This document shows, one piece after another, positions 1 through 9,389 of a DNA stretch of 64,000 nt; positions within the stretch are counted from its first letter, which is position 1; each line of letters begins with the position of its first letter. Source of the stretch: Chloroflexota bacterium (lineage in GTDB: Bacteria; Chloroflexota; Dehalococcoidia; GIF9; AB-539-J10). Below the pieces are notes generated by a model. The model made no database searches and was not told where the DNA came from. It worked only from the letters and a program-made list of their open reading frames with translations. The stretch is taken from assembly GCA_036834125.1 (NCBI GenBank), contig DAITOK010000004.1:4446-68445 (forward strand), in the 5' to 3' direction. Both the position numbers and the translations under genes were made by a program.

Positions 1-73
1 AAGGCTCTTCTTGTCCTTATGAAAAGCTTGTTGACCAAGCCTAGAATGCTCAGGATGCTGATTGTGCAGGGTA

Positions 74-313
74 TCAGGTTAGCCGGGATGAGGCTAGGGC
101 TTCAGCAGGAGATTTTCCCTCGCTGGCGACGCTACCGCGGTAAAGAGTTTGATAGAAAGCTCTTCTGAAAGACCTGGCGCGAAATATTAAATGCTCAGCA
201 ATATCGCAATAGTGATGTCCAGAATCTGAAACAGTTCGTATTTTCGAATCTAGAGACTTGGGTTTGCCCGTGATTCCGGTGTTGCGATTCAGACCTTGTC
301 GGTAACTATCCAT
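74..313 (-). pseudogene. possible remnant of an AraC/XylS-family HTH regulator (C-terminal helix region only); may be a spurious ORF
   Basis: 79-aa ORF. The segment IAEHLIFRARSFRRAFYQTLYR resembles the second HTH of AraC-family C-terminal domains. No N-terminal domain is present, and the ORF overlaps the 3' end of the PPTase gene. Confidence 0.15.
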
Positions 314-903
314 TCAACCTGGTTATCATCTTTGATGACAGAAATGATATGGTTGTTGTACCGCAATTGCTCGACAACAAAAGTCTCTCCCTTGTAGTCT
401 AAGGTGATGAGGTTTTCGTCCGGGACGGAAGTTACCCGGCAGGTTCGTAGCCCACCCACAACGCCAAGACCGATAGCCTTGAGCACTGCTTCCTTGGCAG
501 TCCAGTAGCGGAAGAATGTGTCCCAGGATCTGTCTCTCAGTTTCCACTCCTCGTCACTCACCGCATAGTTGAAAAGCGATTCGGTGCGAGGCACAATCTC
601 CTCAATGTCAATGCCAATTCTAGCGGTGCTCACCACAGCCGCCACATATTTAGGCTTGTGGGAGATAGACCAGTAAATCCCGTGGACAGGAAGCGGTACC
701 CCTTTTTCGTCCTGCATCAATTTCCCCAGCTTCACTGCACTTTTTCCAGCACTTAATTTTAGTGCCTCACGGGCAGCTCGACTTAGATGGTCTACCTTTT
801 CTCGACCGCTCAGGCTTCCCCTCTTAAGATAAGAGGGATCAGGGAAGTCATGATTGCCCTTGGTTGGGAGGTGGACTGGCATCACCACCGGAAATAGAGT
901 CAT
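289..903 (-). CDS. 4'-phosphopantetheinyl transferase (Sfp/EntD-type)
   Basis: 204 aa with the [12 protein letters not shown] motif typical of the PPTase superfamily. Its start overlaps the fabI stop (ATGA), which suggests translational coupling. It is the last gene of the FAS-like operon. Confidence 0.8.
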   Translation of the reverse strand: MTLFPVVMPVHLPTKGNHDFPDPSYLKRGSLSGREKVDHLSRAAREALKLSAGKSAVKLGKLMQDEKGVPLPVHGIYWSISHKPKYVAAVVSTARIGIDIEEIVPRTESLFNYAVSDEEWKLRDRSWDTFFRYWTAKEAVLKAIGLGVVGGLRTCRVTSVPDENLITLDYKGETFVVEQLRYNNHIISVIKDDNQVEWIVTDKV

Positions 904-1712
904 GGGCTTATCGGACCCCTCAGCGCCTTCTTGATGATATCTTTATCGAAATAGTTGACGGACATCCCGGCATCTACGACGATGCCCTGGGCGTTAATGC
1001 CACTGGAACGCTCGCTCAGCAGAAACGCCACGGTGTTGGCTACTTCTCTTGTTGTCAAGCCTTTTTTGCGCAACGTCAACTGCTCGGCGAAGAGGTAGTA
1101 GTCCAAGTACCCAGGTATCCCTGCCGAGGCTGAAGTCTTCAAAAGTCCCGCGTTCACGGAATTAAACCGAATCTGAGAAAAAGCGCTGAAGGATTTCGCC
1201 AGAAAGCAGATAGTGGAATCCAGGGCAGCTTTTACCGGAGCCATAAAACCATAGGGTTCGGCTGCCATCTTGGTGGTTGAGATGGAGATAGTGACAACAG
1301 ATGCTTTTTCATCCAATAGGCCTTTAAACGCATTAGCAATGGCGATCAAGGAATAGCAGGAGATATCAATTGACTGCAAGAAGTCTTTCTTTCTTGTCTC
1401 GTGAAATGGCTTAAGTCCTTCTTCGTAGTTGGCAAAGGCGATAGAATGGACGATGCCATGAAGCTTGGGATACTTCTTGGCGACATCCTCCGCCAGCTTC
1501 TTTATCTCCTCCTCTCGCTCCACATCGCAAACGTAGATATCGGCAGCGGGGAGAATCTTGGCGACGCTCTCCTTCCTTGCCTCCGAGCGAACGCTGTAAA
1601 TCACATTAGCGTTAGCCTCAGTGAGAACCTCGCCCACAGTGTAAGCCACGCTCTTCTTATTCGCCACCCCGAAAACCAGAAAATTCTTGCCGGCAATATC
1701 CAGGAAGTCCAT
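900..1712 (-). CDS. fabI: enoyl-[acyl-carrier-protein] reductase (NADH), FabI family
   Basis: 270-aa SDR. The [13 protein letters not shown] region matches the FabI Tyr-x6-Lys active site, and the Gly-rich N-terminus reads [11 protein letters not shown]. Confidence 0.85.
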   Translation of the reverse strand: MDFLDIAGKNFLVFGVANKKSVAYTVGEVLTEANANVIYSVRSEARKESVAKILPAADIYVCDVEREEEIKKLAEDVAKKYPKLHGIVHSIAFANYEEGLKPFHETRKKDFLQSIDISCYSLIAIANAFKGLLDEKASVVTISISTTKMAAEPYGFMAPVKAALDSTICFLAKSFSAFSQIRFNSVNAGLLKTSASAGIPGYLDYYLFAEQLTLRKKGLTTREVANTVAFLLSERSSGINAQGIVVDAGMSVNYFDKDIIKKALRGPISP

Positions 1713-1738
1713 ATTTCGCTCCTTTTATCCTCGTGAAG

Positions 1739-2164
1739 TCAAGGCGCCTCTTTAGCCAGGGTGACGGTGAATTCGACGGTGACCGAGGTCTTGCCGCCAA
1801 CCGAGGCTTTGCCTTTCATGTAGTAGGCGTTGCTGATTTTTTCCACAAGCTCGGTTTCAATGTCCAAGGTATCGCCGGGCCTGACGATATTTTTGAACTT
1901 GGCGTTGTTAATTCGGGTCAGGACGGGAATGCCGCCGCTCAAGCCACCTATCATTTTGGAAAGCAAAATCGCTCCTGTTTGGAAGATGGATTCGCAGATG
2001 AGTGCTCCCGGCATGATCGGTTGCCCGGGGTAATGTCCCTGAAAAACCGGGTCATCGGGTTTTACCTCTTTGACCGTTTTGATTTTTGTTCCGCTCATCT
2101 CCACGATTCTATCCACGAATAAGAAGGGTGGGCGATGCGGTATTGCGTTGAGTATTTCCTCCAT
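1739..2164 (-). CDS. fabZ: 3-hydroxyacyl-ACP dehydratase FabZ
   Basis: Hot-dog fold motifs are PHRPPFLFVDRI and FQGHYPGQPIMPGAL. I set the start at the internal ATG (MEEILN), which sits 8 nt after a GGAGGA RBS. The longer ORF extension runs into fabG. Confidence 0.85.
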   Translation of the reverse strand: MEEILNAIPHRPPFLFVDRIVEMSGTKIKTVKEVKPDDPVFQGHYPGQPIMPGALICESIFQTGAILLSKMIGGLSGGIPVLTRINNAKFKNIVRPGDTLDIETELVEKISNAYYMKGKASVGGKTSVTVEFTVTLAKEAP

Positions 2165-2165
2165 G

Positions 2166-2906
2166 TCATAGTCCTCCCGCAACCTCAAGATCGGAGCCGG
2201 TGATATAAGATGCCTCTTTGGAAGCCAGGAAGAGGACACAGGCAGCTACCTCTTCGGGCTTGCCGAACCTCTTGATGGGAATCCTGGCAAGATAGGCTTC
2301 ACGCAGTTTATCAGGCAAGTCTCGAATAAGTTCAGTTTCGATAAAACCTGGTGAGACGCAGTTGACGGTGATGCCGCGGGTAGCGACCTCTTTGGATAGC
2401 GATTTGGTCAGGGCAAGTAAGCCAGCTTTAGCAGCAGCGTAGTTAGCCTGACCTTCAAAGGCATACCTTTCCATGACCGAGCTGATATTGATAATCCGTC
2501 CATATCGTTTGCGCATCATATTCAGGACGGCGAATTTGCACATGTAAAAGATTCCTGTAAGGTTGACATTAAGAACATCGTGCCAATCCGTTTCCTTCAT
2601 CATAGCCAGGACAGAGTCCTTTCGGATGCCGGCATTGTTGACCAGGACTTCAAAGCTCCCATATTTACTCTCTAAGTATTTAAAGAATCTCTCCACTTCC
2701 TCATACCTGGACACATCGAGCTTCTGGATATCGAGATTTTCGGCGAACGGGCTGTTATCCTCTTTGAATCTGGCGGCTGCAGCCTCATTGGTGGAATAAG
2801 TGACTATAACTCGGGCGCCAGCCTTGAGGAAAGCCTCGGCGATGGCTCTGCCTATGCCTCTGGTGCCGCCGGTGACGATGACAGTTTGTCCTTTGAAATC
2901 GTACAT
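2166..2906 (-). CDS. fabG: 3-oxoacyl-ACP reductase FabG
   Basis: 246-aa classical SDR with TGGTRGIGRAIA, NNAG and a YAAAKAG catalytic Tyr/Lys. It lies inside the fab operon. Confidence 0.85.
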   Translation of the reverse strand: MYDFKGQTVIVTGGTRGIGRAIAEAFLKAGARVIVTYSTNEAAAARFKEDNSPFAENLDIQKLDVSRYEEVERFFKYLESKYGSFEVLVNNAGIRKDSVLAMMKETDWHDVLNVNLTGIFYMCKFAVLNMMRKRYGRIINISSVMERYAFEGQANYAAAKAGLLALTKSLSKEVATRGITVNCVSPGFIETELIRDLPDKLREAYLARIPIKRFGKPEEVAACVLFLASKEASYITGSDLEVAGGL

Positions 2907-2951
2907 TTCGTAACTCCCCTAACCCCTCTTATCTTAAGGGGGAACTTTAGG
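2907..2951 (-). repeat. intercistronic hairpin element, copy A (downstream of the CrtI-like gene 1 stop; supplies the fabG RBS)
   Basis: Read on the minus strand it is cctaaagttcccccttaagataagaggggttaggggagttacg. This shares about 80% identity with copy B at 4428-4469. It contains a stem ccc..ctt/aagagggg followed by a GGGGAG motif. Confidence 0.6.
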
Positions 2952-4362
2952 CACCTCTTGAGCAGAGGAACTTATCTACATCGTTGGCGACTATTACGCC
3001 GTAATTGGCGGCGCCTAGCCAACCGGACATAATGATGCCCACTGAGCCAGTATGGAAAAGCCCGGCTATTTCTTTGGGAAGACCCATACTGGTCTTTAAC
3101 CCTTCAAATTTGGTGCCGAAAGACGCGCCGTTGAGGTGCAGCGTATACCTGTGAAATGTCTTGGGCGTAGCTGCCTCGACGTAATCCATCTTGCGTCGAA
3201 TGTCAGGTATATATTTCTCCAGAGCATTCAGCGTCCGCTGAATCAATTCTTTTTTGGAGGCCAGGTATTCTTCTTGGGACAAGTTTGCCCAATCCTCGTA
3301 GTTGGCGTTGGATGAAGCAACGATGGAGTACATGTTCGAACTGGGTCGGGTCTCTGGATAGTAGATGGAGAAAGTTCGGCTGGTGGTATTCTTGCTGCGA
3401 AGTTCTACAGGGTCAAATTTCTCGGCTTCCGAAGTGAAGAGCAAATCTCCGATATAGTCAATCTTCTCGCCTTTCTTAATGCCAATATAGACCTGACAGC
3501 TGCTGTTATTGAGACGCACCTTGCCAGCTTCCTCCAGAAAGCCAGGAGAAAAGTGCTCATCTCCCACGAGCTTATGGACGGTGGATAACAGATTGCCGTT
3601 GGAGACAACTGCTTTAGCTTTGATTGATTGCCCATTGGCGATAACGCCGGCAACCTTTTTGTCTTTAACGAGTATCTTCTCAACCAGGCACCTGGTGCAG
3701 ATATGCACACCATTTCTTGCCAGTTCTTCCTGCATCTTCCCGATAAACTGGTCTGTGCCGCCACGGACAGTGTAAACCCCTTTGCTCATAAAGTTCGAGA
3801 ATACGATGCCGTAGCTTATAGCAGGGTCTTCCAGAGTCGAACCATTGGCGTAGGTGATGGGTTCCATGAGCAAGCGATGGACGTCATCACGACCGGGGAA
3901 GAATTTTTCAAAGAATTCCCTCGTGGTCATAGTCTGGTCGTCGTAAAAATTCATCTTGCGGGCTGCATCAAAAAAGTTTTCAATGTTCTCACGCGGCACC
4001 TTGAAGTGCTCCTGCAAGATGCGAGTGAAGTCTTCGCGGTCGTAAGTGGTGGTGAGGGAGAACTGCGGATTATCGAATCTGATGCCTTTGAGCTGAACAA
4101 TCATATCGGCGATTTCCGGGCTCCAGTATTTGCGGCAGGTCTTGATCATGCCCACAGGGAATCCGTGTAGGGCGACATCGAAGATATGTTGTTTTCTTTT
4201 GAACCAGGTCGCTAACCCGCCCAGCTTGGAGTGCTGCTCCAGGAGAAGGACTGAATGTCCGCTCTTAGCCAGCATATTGGCGCAGGACAGACCGGCTAGC
4301 CCTGCTCCGATGACGATGACATCGTATTCTGGCTTGATGACCTCAGGCAAGCTGTGGCTCAT
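2947..4362 (-). CDS. FAD-dependent oxidoreductase, phytoene desaturase (CrtI)/RetSat-like family (COG1233-type)
   Basis: 471 aa. The N-terminus [16 protein letters not shown]...[11 protein letters not shown] is a Rossmann FAD motif. The C-terminal [17 protein letters not shown] is typical of the CrtI family. It is embedded in a fab operon. Confidence 0.75.
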   Translation of the reverse strand: MSHSLPEVIKPEYDVIVIGAGLAGLSCANMLAKSGHSVLLLEQHSKLGGLATWFKRKQHIFDVALHGFPVGMIKTCRKYWSPEIADMIVQLKGIRFDNPQFSLTTTYDREDFTRILQEHFKVPRENIENFFDAARKMNFYDDQTMTTREFFEKFFPGRDDVHRLLMEPITYANGSTLEDPAISYGIVFSNFMSKGVYTVRGGTDQFIGKMQEELARNGVHICTRCLVEKILVKDKKVAGVIANGQSIKAKAVVSNGNLLSTVHKLVGDEHFSPGFLEEAGKVRLNNSSCQVYIGIKKGEKIDYIGDLLFTSEAEKFDPVELRSKNTTSRTFSIYYPETRPSSNMYSIVASSNANYEDWANLSQEEYLASKKELIQRTLNALEKYIPDIRRKMDYVEAATPKTFHRYTLHLNGASFGTKFEGLKTSMGLPKEIAGLFHTGSVGIIMSGWLGAANYGVIVANDVDKFLCSRGA

Positions 4363-4427
4363 ACATCTTCCTTCACAGTTAGATTTTGTGCCCTAAATTC
4401 CCTTCTCGTTGCAACCTCTCTTCCGTG

Positions 4428-4469
4428 ATTCCCCTCACCCCCTCTTATGCCAAGAGAGGGACTTTTAGG
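4428..4469 (-). repeat. intercistronic hairpin element, copy B (between the two CrtI-like genes)
   Basis: Read on the minus strand it is cctaaaagtccctctcttggcataagagggggtgaggggaatcacg. It is a paralogous copy of element A. Confidence 0.6.
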
Positions 4470-4509
4470 AAAATCTTCTGACTACTGGATTTTAGCATTT
4501 AGTTTTGAT

Positions 4510-5895
4510 TCAAGTCTTCTGGAGAATGTGGAGGTTAGCCATGGAGATGCCGCTGAGCATAGCTCCCACAATTCCCAGGAAGCCCTGGTCAGTGCCGCAG
4601 ATGAACAGATTCTCGAGATGAGTCTTGCCTGTTTTGACCTTGTGCGGCGTTCCGTAGACTGCGCCATTGATATGACCGGTGAACCGGTAGATCGTTCTGG
4701 GAGTAAAGATGTCAGTAAAAACGATGTGCTTGCGGAAATCAGGGATAAACTTCATCACTTCTTCAAGCGTGGCTTCCAGACAGGCCCCTTTCTGGGCTTT
4801 GTAAGCCTGTTCATCTAATTGGTTCCAGAGTTCGTAATTTGCCAGGTTCGTTATCCTGATTATACCTTCGGGAAGGGGCTCATCAAATTGAAAGTTATTG
4901 GGGCAGCATACCACGCCACTGGAAACATCCACCAGCTGTTCTGGCTTGCGGTACCTAAATTTGTCCGAGTTATTGTAAAAGGTAATGGTTGCAGTGTAGC
5001 CGAGTTCAGCGGGCTCTCTGTTCAAGACCAGAATAAATTCCACGAAGGAAAGTTGGCCAGCATAGTGCTCGAAATGTGCGGGCTCGTGGTTAGCCAACAG
5101 ATTCATTGTTTCCACGTAGCCGGCAGAGGACAGTATTCTATCTGCAGTCAAGATTTCCCCGTTTTCGAGCACAATTGATTCAACTCTCCCGTGGGCACAT
5201 TTGAGGCTTCTTACGGCGCAGCGCATCCTTAGTTCACCGCCGCAGTCTTTGTATTTTCTGACCAGAACATCCAGAATCTGCCGCACGCCGGCTCGGGGAC
5301 GGGCGAAGCCTTCACAGAAAATGCTCTTGAACATGATAACGAACTGTCCGAACTCCATATCGTTCTCTTGGGCATTTCCGTAGAACATGAGCGGACAAAA
5401 GAGCATGTCAATAAGGAGCGGGTCGCCAAAGATAGAACTCAGGATTTCACGAGCTGATCTGGGCTTGGCGTAGAGATTGAGTTCGTCGTAATCAAAGATA
5501 GTTTTGAGCAGCTTCTGAAAGTTGTCAGCTTCTCTCGGGAAATTGTCTGTCACCTCTCGGACAAAGAAACTGAAATCGTTGTTGAATCTCAGAATCTTGT
5601 TGGGAAATCTGATTACGGACATGCGTTGTGGACAGAGGGCAAAATCCTCAGGCTTCAACTTGAGCTGTCGGAGTAGCTTGGGCAAAGGTGCTAGCCTCAT
5701 ATTTTTAGAAACGTAATTGGTTACAGCATGGAGTCCGACGTCGAATTTGCGTCCACTGCGGTTATAGAAGGAGTTAAGTCCTCCCACGCGATAATGCTTT
5801 TCCACGATACAGACCCTTTTACCGTAGTAAGCGAGTCTGATGCCGGCGGCAAGGCCAGACATTCCGGCTCCAATGATCACGACGTCGTAATGCAT
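4510..5895 (-). CDS. FAD-dependent oxidoreductase, phytoene desaturase (CrtI)/RetSat-like family, paralog 2
   Basis: 461 aa with N-terminal YDVVIIGAGMSGLAAG...IVEKHYRVGG. It is homologous to but diverged from the adjacent paralog, and ends in a C-terminal GFLGIVGAMLSG motif. Confidence 0.75.
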   Translation of the reverse strand: MHYDVVIIGAGMSGLAAGIRLAYYGKRVCIVEKHYRVGGLNSFYNRSGRKFDVGLHAVTNYVSKNMRLAPLPKLLRQLKLKPEDFALCPQRMSVIRFPNKILRFNNDFSFFVREVTDNFPREADNFQKLLKTIFDYDELNLYAKPRSAREILSSIFGDPLLIDMLFCPLMFYGNAQENDMEFGQFVIMFKSIFCEGFARPRAGVRQILDVLVRKYKDCGGELRMRCAVRSLKCAHGRVESIVLENGEILTADRILSSAGYVETMNLLANHEPAHFEHYAGQLSFVEFILVLNREPAELGYTATITFYNNSDKFRYRKPEQLVDVSSGVVCCPNNFQFDEPLPEGIIRITNLANYELWNQLDEQAYKAQKGACLEATLEEVMKFIPDFRKHIVFTDIFTPRTIYRFTGHINGAVYGTPHKVKTGKTHLENLFICGTDQGFLGIVGAMLSGISMANLHILQKT

Positions 5896-5987
5896 GGCTG
5901 GCTCTGTGACAAAACGAAAGCTAACTCAGGTTCCCATATCTCTGGGAAAGCAAAGCGAATACTTAACCTCCTCCGCCAGCGCTACCG

Positions 5988-6239
5988 TTAAAGGTTTTTC
6001 ATGCGCGGTTCCAGATAAGCCACGGAACTGTCCAGAGTAGCTAGTTGTACGTAGTCGTCTTCGGGGACCTCGATGCCGTAGCGTTTTCGTAGTTCCATAA
6101 TGATGTCAAGAAAATCCATGGAGTCCAATTCTATCTGTTCTCGTATCGGGATATTTCCCTTGAGGTTGCTAAGGTCTTCATCCGGTACGATCTGAGCTAT
6201 GATTTCGAGGATGGTGGCTCGGATTTGCTCTTTAGTCAT
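5988..6239 (-). CDS. acpP: acyl carrier protein
   Basis: 83 aa with the LDSMDFLDIIMEL phosphopantetheine-attachment motif (DSM in place of DSL). It sits between the KAS gene and the CrtI-like genes. Confidence 0.85.
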   Translation of the reverse strand: MTKEQIRATILEIIAQIVPDEDLSNLKGNIPIREQIELDSMDFLDIIMELRKRYGIEVPEDDYVQLATLDSSVAYLEPRMKNL

Positions 6240-6269
6240 GTCGCCTCCGTTTATTGAATACTTACTGCT

Positions 6270-7520
6270 TTACCTCTCAAATCTTTTTACGATAACAACT
6301 GAGTTGATGCCCAGCATGCCGAAGGAATTATTCAATATGTAGTCTACCTTGTCAACCTCTTTGGGCTCATTGATTACGAAGGTACCGAGATGACACTGTG
6401 GGTCGAGGTTATCCAGGTTGATTGTGGGATGGATTAGGTGGTCTTCAAAGGAAGGTAGATTGCCAGCTAATTCCAAAGCGCCGGCAGCACCCATGGCGTG
6501 ACCAATGAAACTCTTGGTGTTGTTTATAGAGGCATGGGGATATTCGCCAAACACTTCTCTGATTGCTTGGCACTCCACGGGATCTCCTTCAATGGTGCCT
6601 GTGCCGTGAGTGTTGATAATATCAATATCATCAGGCGAGATACCAGCTTTCCTCAGAGCAAGTCTCATGCACTCCACCTGTCTATCCTTGTTGGGAAAAA
6701 TAAAGTCAGAGGCGTCTGAATTTATGCCATAGCCCACGATCTCGCCGTAAATCTTGGCTTGTCTCTTAAGGGCATCGCTCAATCTTTCTAGGACGAAAAT
6801 GCATCCGCCCTCGGAAACCACCACACCGTTTCTATCCTTATCGAAGGGACGGCAGGCTTTTGTCGGGTCGGGATGAGAAGCTAAAGCACCTTCGCTTCGG
6901 AAGCCGGCAAAGATACCAAAAGAGCCTGTGCACTCCGAGACGCCGCCAGCCAGGGCTAAATCTACCTCGTTCAACAAGAGCATCTGTAAACCTTGAATAA
7001 TTCCGATATTGCCACCAGCGCAGGCAGCTCCCAGAGTGTAGTGTGGTCCAGTGATTCCCAGATTCAGAGTAACTTCGCCCGCTGGGTTGTTAGCCACAAC
7101 TCTGGGATTATGGTGGTGCGACCAGAATTTTACGTCGTAGTTGTACTGCTTGATTTCATATATTTCGTTTTCTGTTTCCACAGTACCGTGCTCGGTGATG
7201 CCGAGGTAAACACCAATTCGTGACCTGTCGAGGCTGGCAAGCTGCAAGCCGGCATCGTTGATTGCCTCCTGGGCACAGTAGATAGCTATGGAGCCGGCTC
7301 GTGTGCCACGGCGCAGATCCTTCTTTTTCTGGTATTTGAGGGGGTCAAACTGACATATGCCAGCTAATACTTCGCCCATATAGCGGACAGTAATTTTTTG
7401 TATTCCAGACTTGCCAGTAAGTAAACTCTTTCGGAATTCCGCCAAGTTATTCCCGTTGGGCGCAGTCAGTCCCACGCCGGTTATTACAATCCGTGTTTCG
7501 TTAAGTTTGCTTGTTATCAT
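6270..7520 (-). CDS. fabF: beta-ketoacyl-ACP synthase I/II (FabF/FabB-type KAS)
   Basis: 416 aa with the active-site Cys in GAACAGG, the HGTGT motif and the FIGHAMGAAG His motif. Confidence 0.9.
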   Translation of the reverse strand: MITSKLNETRIVITGVGLTAPNGNNLAEFRKSLLTGKSGIQKITVRYMGEVLAGICQFDPLKYQKKKDLRRGTRAGSIAIYCAQEAINDAGLQLASLDRSRIGVYLGITEHGTVETENEIYEIKQYNYDVKFWSHHHNPRVVANNPAGEVTLNLGITGPHYTLGAACAGGNIGIIQGLQMLLLNEVDLALAGGVSECTGSFGIFAGFRSEGALASHPDPTKACRPFDKDRNGVVVSEGGCIFVLERLSDALKRQAKIYGEIVGYGINSDASDFIFPNKDRQVECMRLALRKAGISPDDIDIINTHGTGTIEGDPVECQAIREVFGEYPHASINNTKSFIGHAMGAAGALELAGNLPSFEDHLIHPTINLDNLDPQCHLGTFVINEPKEVDKVDYILNNSFGMLGINSVVIVKRFER

Positions 7521-7635
7521 ATGGTAGGACTTCCCCTATGCGTGTAGACCTTGAAGTGGCTTGAAGAAATCTAATTACATCACTATCTGCAGATATGCTT
7601 TTCTGGATTCACTTCGCTCTGGGTCGCTCCAAATT

Positions 7636-8685
7636 CTACCATTCCAGACCCAGCATAAGGCAAACTAATCCGCTGCCAATCCCCAGCATGGCAACCTTAT
7701 CACCATGCTTGAGGCAACCTTGGTCAATTGCAATAGCCGTAGTAATGGGGAGGGAAACGGAGCCAATGTTTCCCAGATATTCTACAGTGGAGAAGTTCTT
7801 GGATTCATCAAGTCCGAGGGCTTTGAACAACAGTTTATTATGCACGGAGCTAACTTGGTGAGTGAAAACCTTATCTACATCGGAGTTACTCCACCCGAGC
7901 TCTTGTTTTGTAGCTTCCCAGGTGATAGGCGCCAAACTCAGCCCGTTCTTCAGGAGATCTCCGTAGTCTGTGCGCATATCAGGTATTTCCTCTAAATCGA
8001 AGAAGGAAACATCGGTTTCTATGCGGCAAAGGTTATTATGCCGCGAGGCAGTGCGTGTTACTCCGCCGAGAATTCTGTGACCGTTTTGTGATAGATGGGC
8101 ATGAGTCAGTACTGCAGCCACTGCTCCTGATCCTAAAGTTAGGGTGGCAAAGGCGAGTTTGAGCTTGTCTCTTGTGAGGTTTGGGTCCTTCAAAAGTTTA
8201 TCTATTGTTGCCTCAACAATAGGTTTACTACTCTCACAACCAACTACAATCCCAGCTTTGACCTGTCCCAATTCAATCATATTCGCCAGAGTCACCATGC
8301 CGTTAATAAATCCCAAACAAGCATTAGAGATGTCGAAGATAGTAGCTGTGGAGGGAAGTCCCAAGGAATCGTGAACTACAGTGGCTGTCGCTGGCTCAAG
8401 GAAATCGCGAGATACCGAAGTGTGCAGGAGGCATCCGATATCCTCTTTCTTGACACCAGATTTACTAATGGCTTTTTCTGCAGCTTTCATACCTGCTTGG
8501 CTCGGGGTTACTCCGTCGTCCCAAAACCGCCGTTCGCGAATGCCGGTCATCATTTCCAACCGGCCGAAAGACAGGTTGAGTTTCTCATATACCGGAGCCA
8601 GCCTTTGTTCCAGGCTCAAAGAGGTTACAGCATTTTGAGGGAGTTCGTAACCGAACGACTCAACGCAGACTTTCTCGTACCGCAT
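7636..8685 (-). CDS. 3-oxoacyl-ACP synthase III family protein (FabH-like)
   Basis: 349 aa with TGIRERRF and the active-site Cys in DISNACLGF. It is the first gene of the fab-like operon. Confidence 0.8.
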   Translation of the reverse strand: MRYEKVCVESFGYELPQNAVTSLSLEQRLAPVYEKLNLSFGRLEMMTGIRERRFWDDGVTPSQAGMKAAEKAISKSGVKKEDIGCLLHTSVSRDFLEPATATVVHDSLGLPSTATIFDISNACLGFINGMVTLANMIELGQVKAGIVVGCESSKPIVEATIDKLLKDPNLTRDKLKLAFATLTLGSGAVAAVLTHAHLSQNGHRILGGVTRTASRHNNLCRIETDVSFFDLEEIPDMRTDYGDLLKNGLSLAPITWEATKQELGWSNSDVDKVFTHQVSSVHNKLLFKALGLDESKNFSTVEYLGNIGSVSLPITTAIAIDQGCLKHGDKVAMLGIGSGLVCLMLGLEW

Positions 8686-8757
8686 TCAGTAACCTACTTT
8701 TCCCTCACAAATACGGCGAGCAACCAGGACGTGACTAGCTATAACAAAGCTGGACGC

Positions 8758-9159
8758 TCACTTCCGCTTGGTTGAGACTAATCTTGGAATATGGAACTTT
8801 GCTTTCAGGTTCTGCCACTTGCTTGCTGACTCTGGCGGAATAGCTTCGTCCGGTATGTACTTTCCCACTCCAGCAAGAGCAGCGCAGACCTTTCTTGAGT
8901 TTGCCACCTCGTCAGGGACATATTCATCGGCGGCAGCAATAGCCGCAGAAAGCAACCGGCGAGGCGCGAATCTTTCGACGCACTTAATTGCGAAGGAAAC
9001 CGCTCTATTTGGAACATGCTTGTCTAGAAAGTTGAGAGCAAAAAGTATCAACCTATCAGGGGCATATTTGTCAACTACTTTCACAAAAAGGACAAATCCC
9101 TTTTTGGCAAGAGACTTAATCATAAAATCGAACTTGGATTCTTTCTCCTGAGATGCCAT
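8758..9159 (-). CDS. hypothetical protein with five tandem ~24-aa repeats
   Basis: 133 aa. The repeats read KYAPDRL / KHVPNRAV / ERFAPRRL / EYVPDEVAN / KYIPDEAIP at regular spacing. The ORF is coding-like, with an RBS-like GAGGGG upstream. Confidence 0.45.
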   Translation of the reverse strand: MASQEKESKFDFMIKSLAKKGFVLFVKVVDKYAPDRLILFALNFLDKHVPNRAVSFAIKCVERFAPRRLLSAAIAAADEYVPDEVANSRKVCAALAGVGKYIPDEAIPPESASKWQNLKAKFHIPRLVSTKRK

Positions 9160-9389
9160 GTCCCCTCACACCAAGATATTATTATATTTACCACTTTTTG
9201 CTGGTATTTGTCAATCACGATAGCTTGTTTCTGTTGCCATCGCCATTTTTGTTGCAATGCGGAGGCCGAGATACATGGGTGACAATCATGGTATGTTTAG
9301 TGACGAAAACCCATTGTCCAAAAAGATAGATATGAATCCTGGAGAGGAGTAGCCAGCGTTCTAGGCTTTGAAGCCACGAAAGGCTGAGA

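Noticed and set aside
3628-4170. 180-aa plus-strand ORF inside the CrtI-like gene 1, and similar long antisense ORFs. These lie at 27011-27583 in glyQS, 36836-37327 in der, 43155-43655 in the activase gene, 53717-54235 in the NMO gene and 56901-57539 in valS.
   Set aside because: All lie entirely within, and antisense to, well-supported genes with clear family motifs. They have low-complexity, Ser/Arg/Ala-rich translations typical of shadow ORFs in GC-moderate coding DNA.
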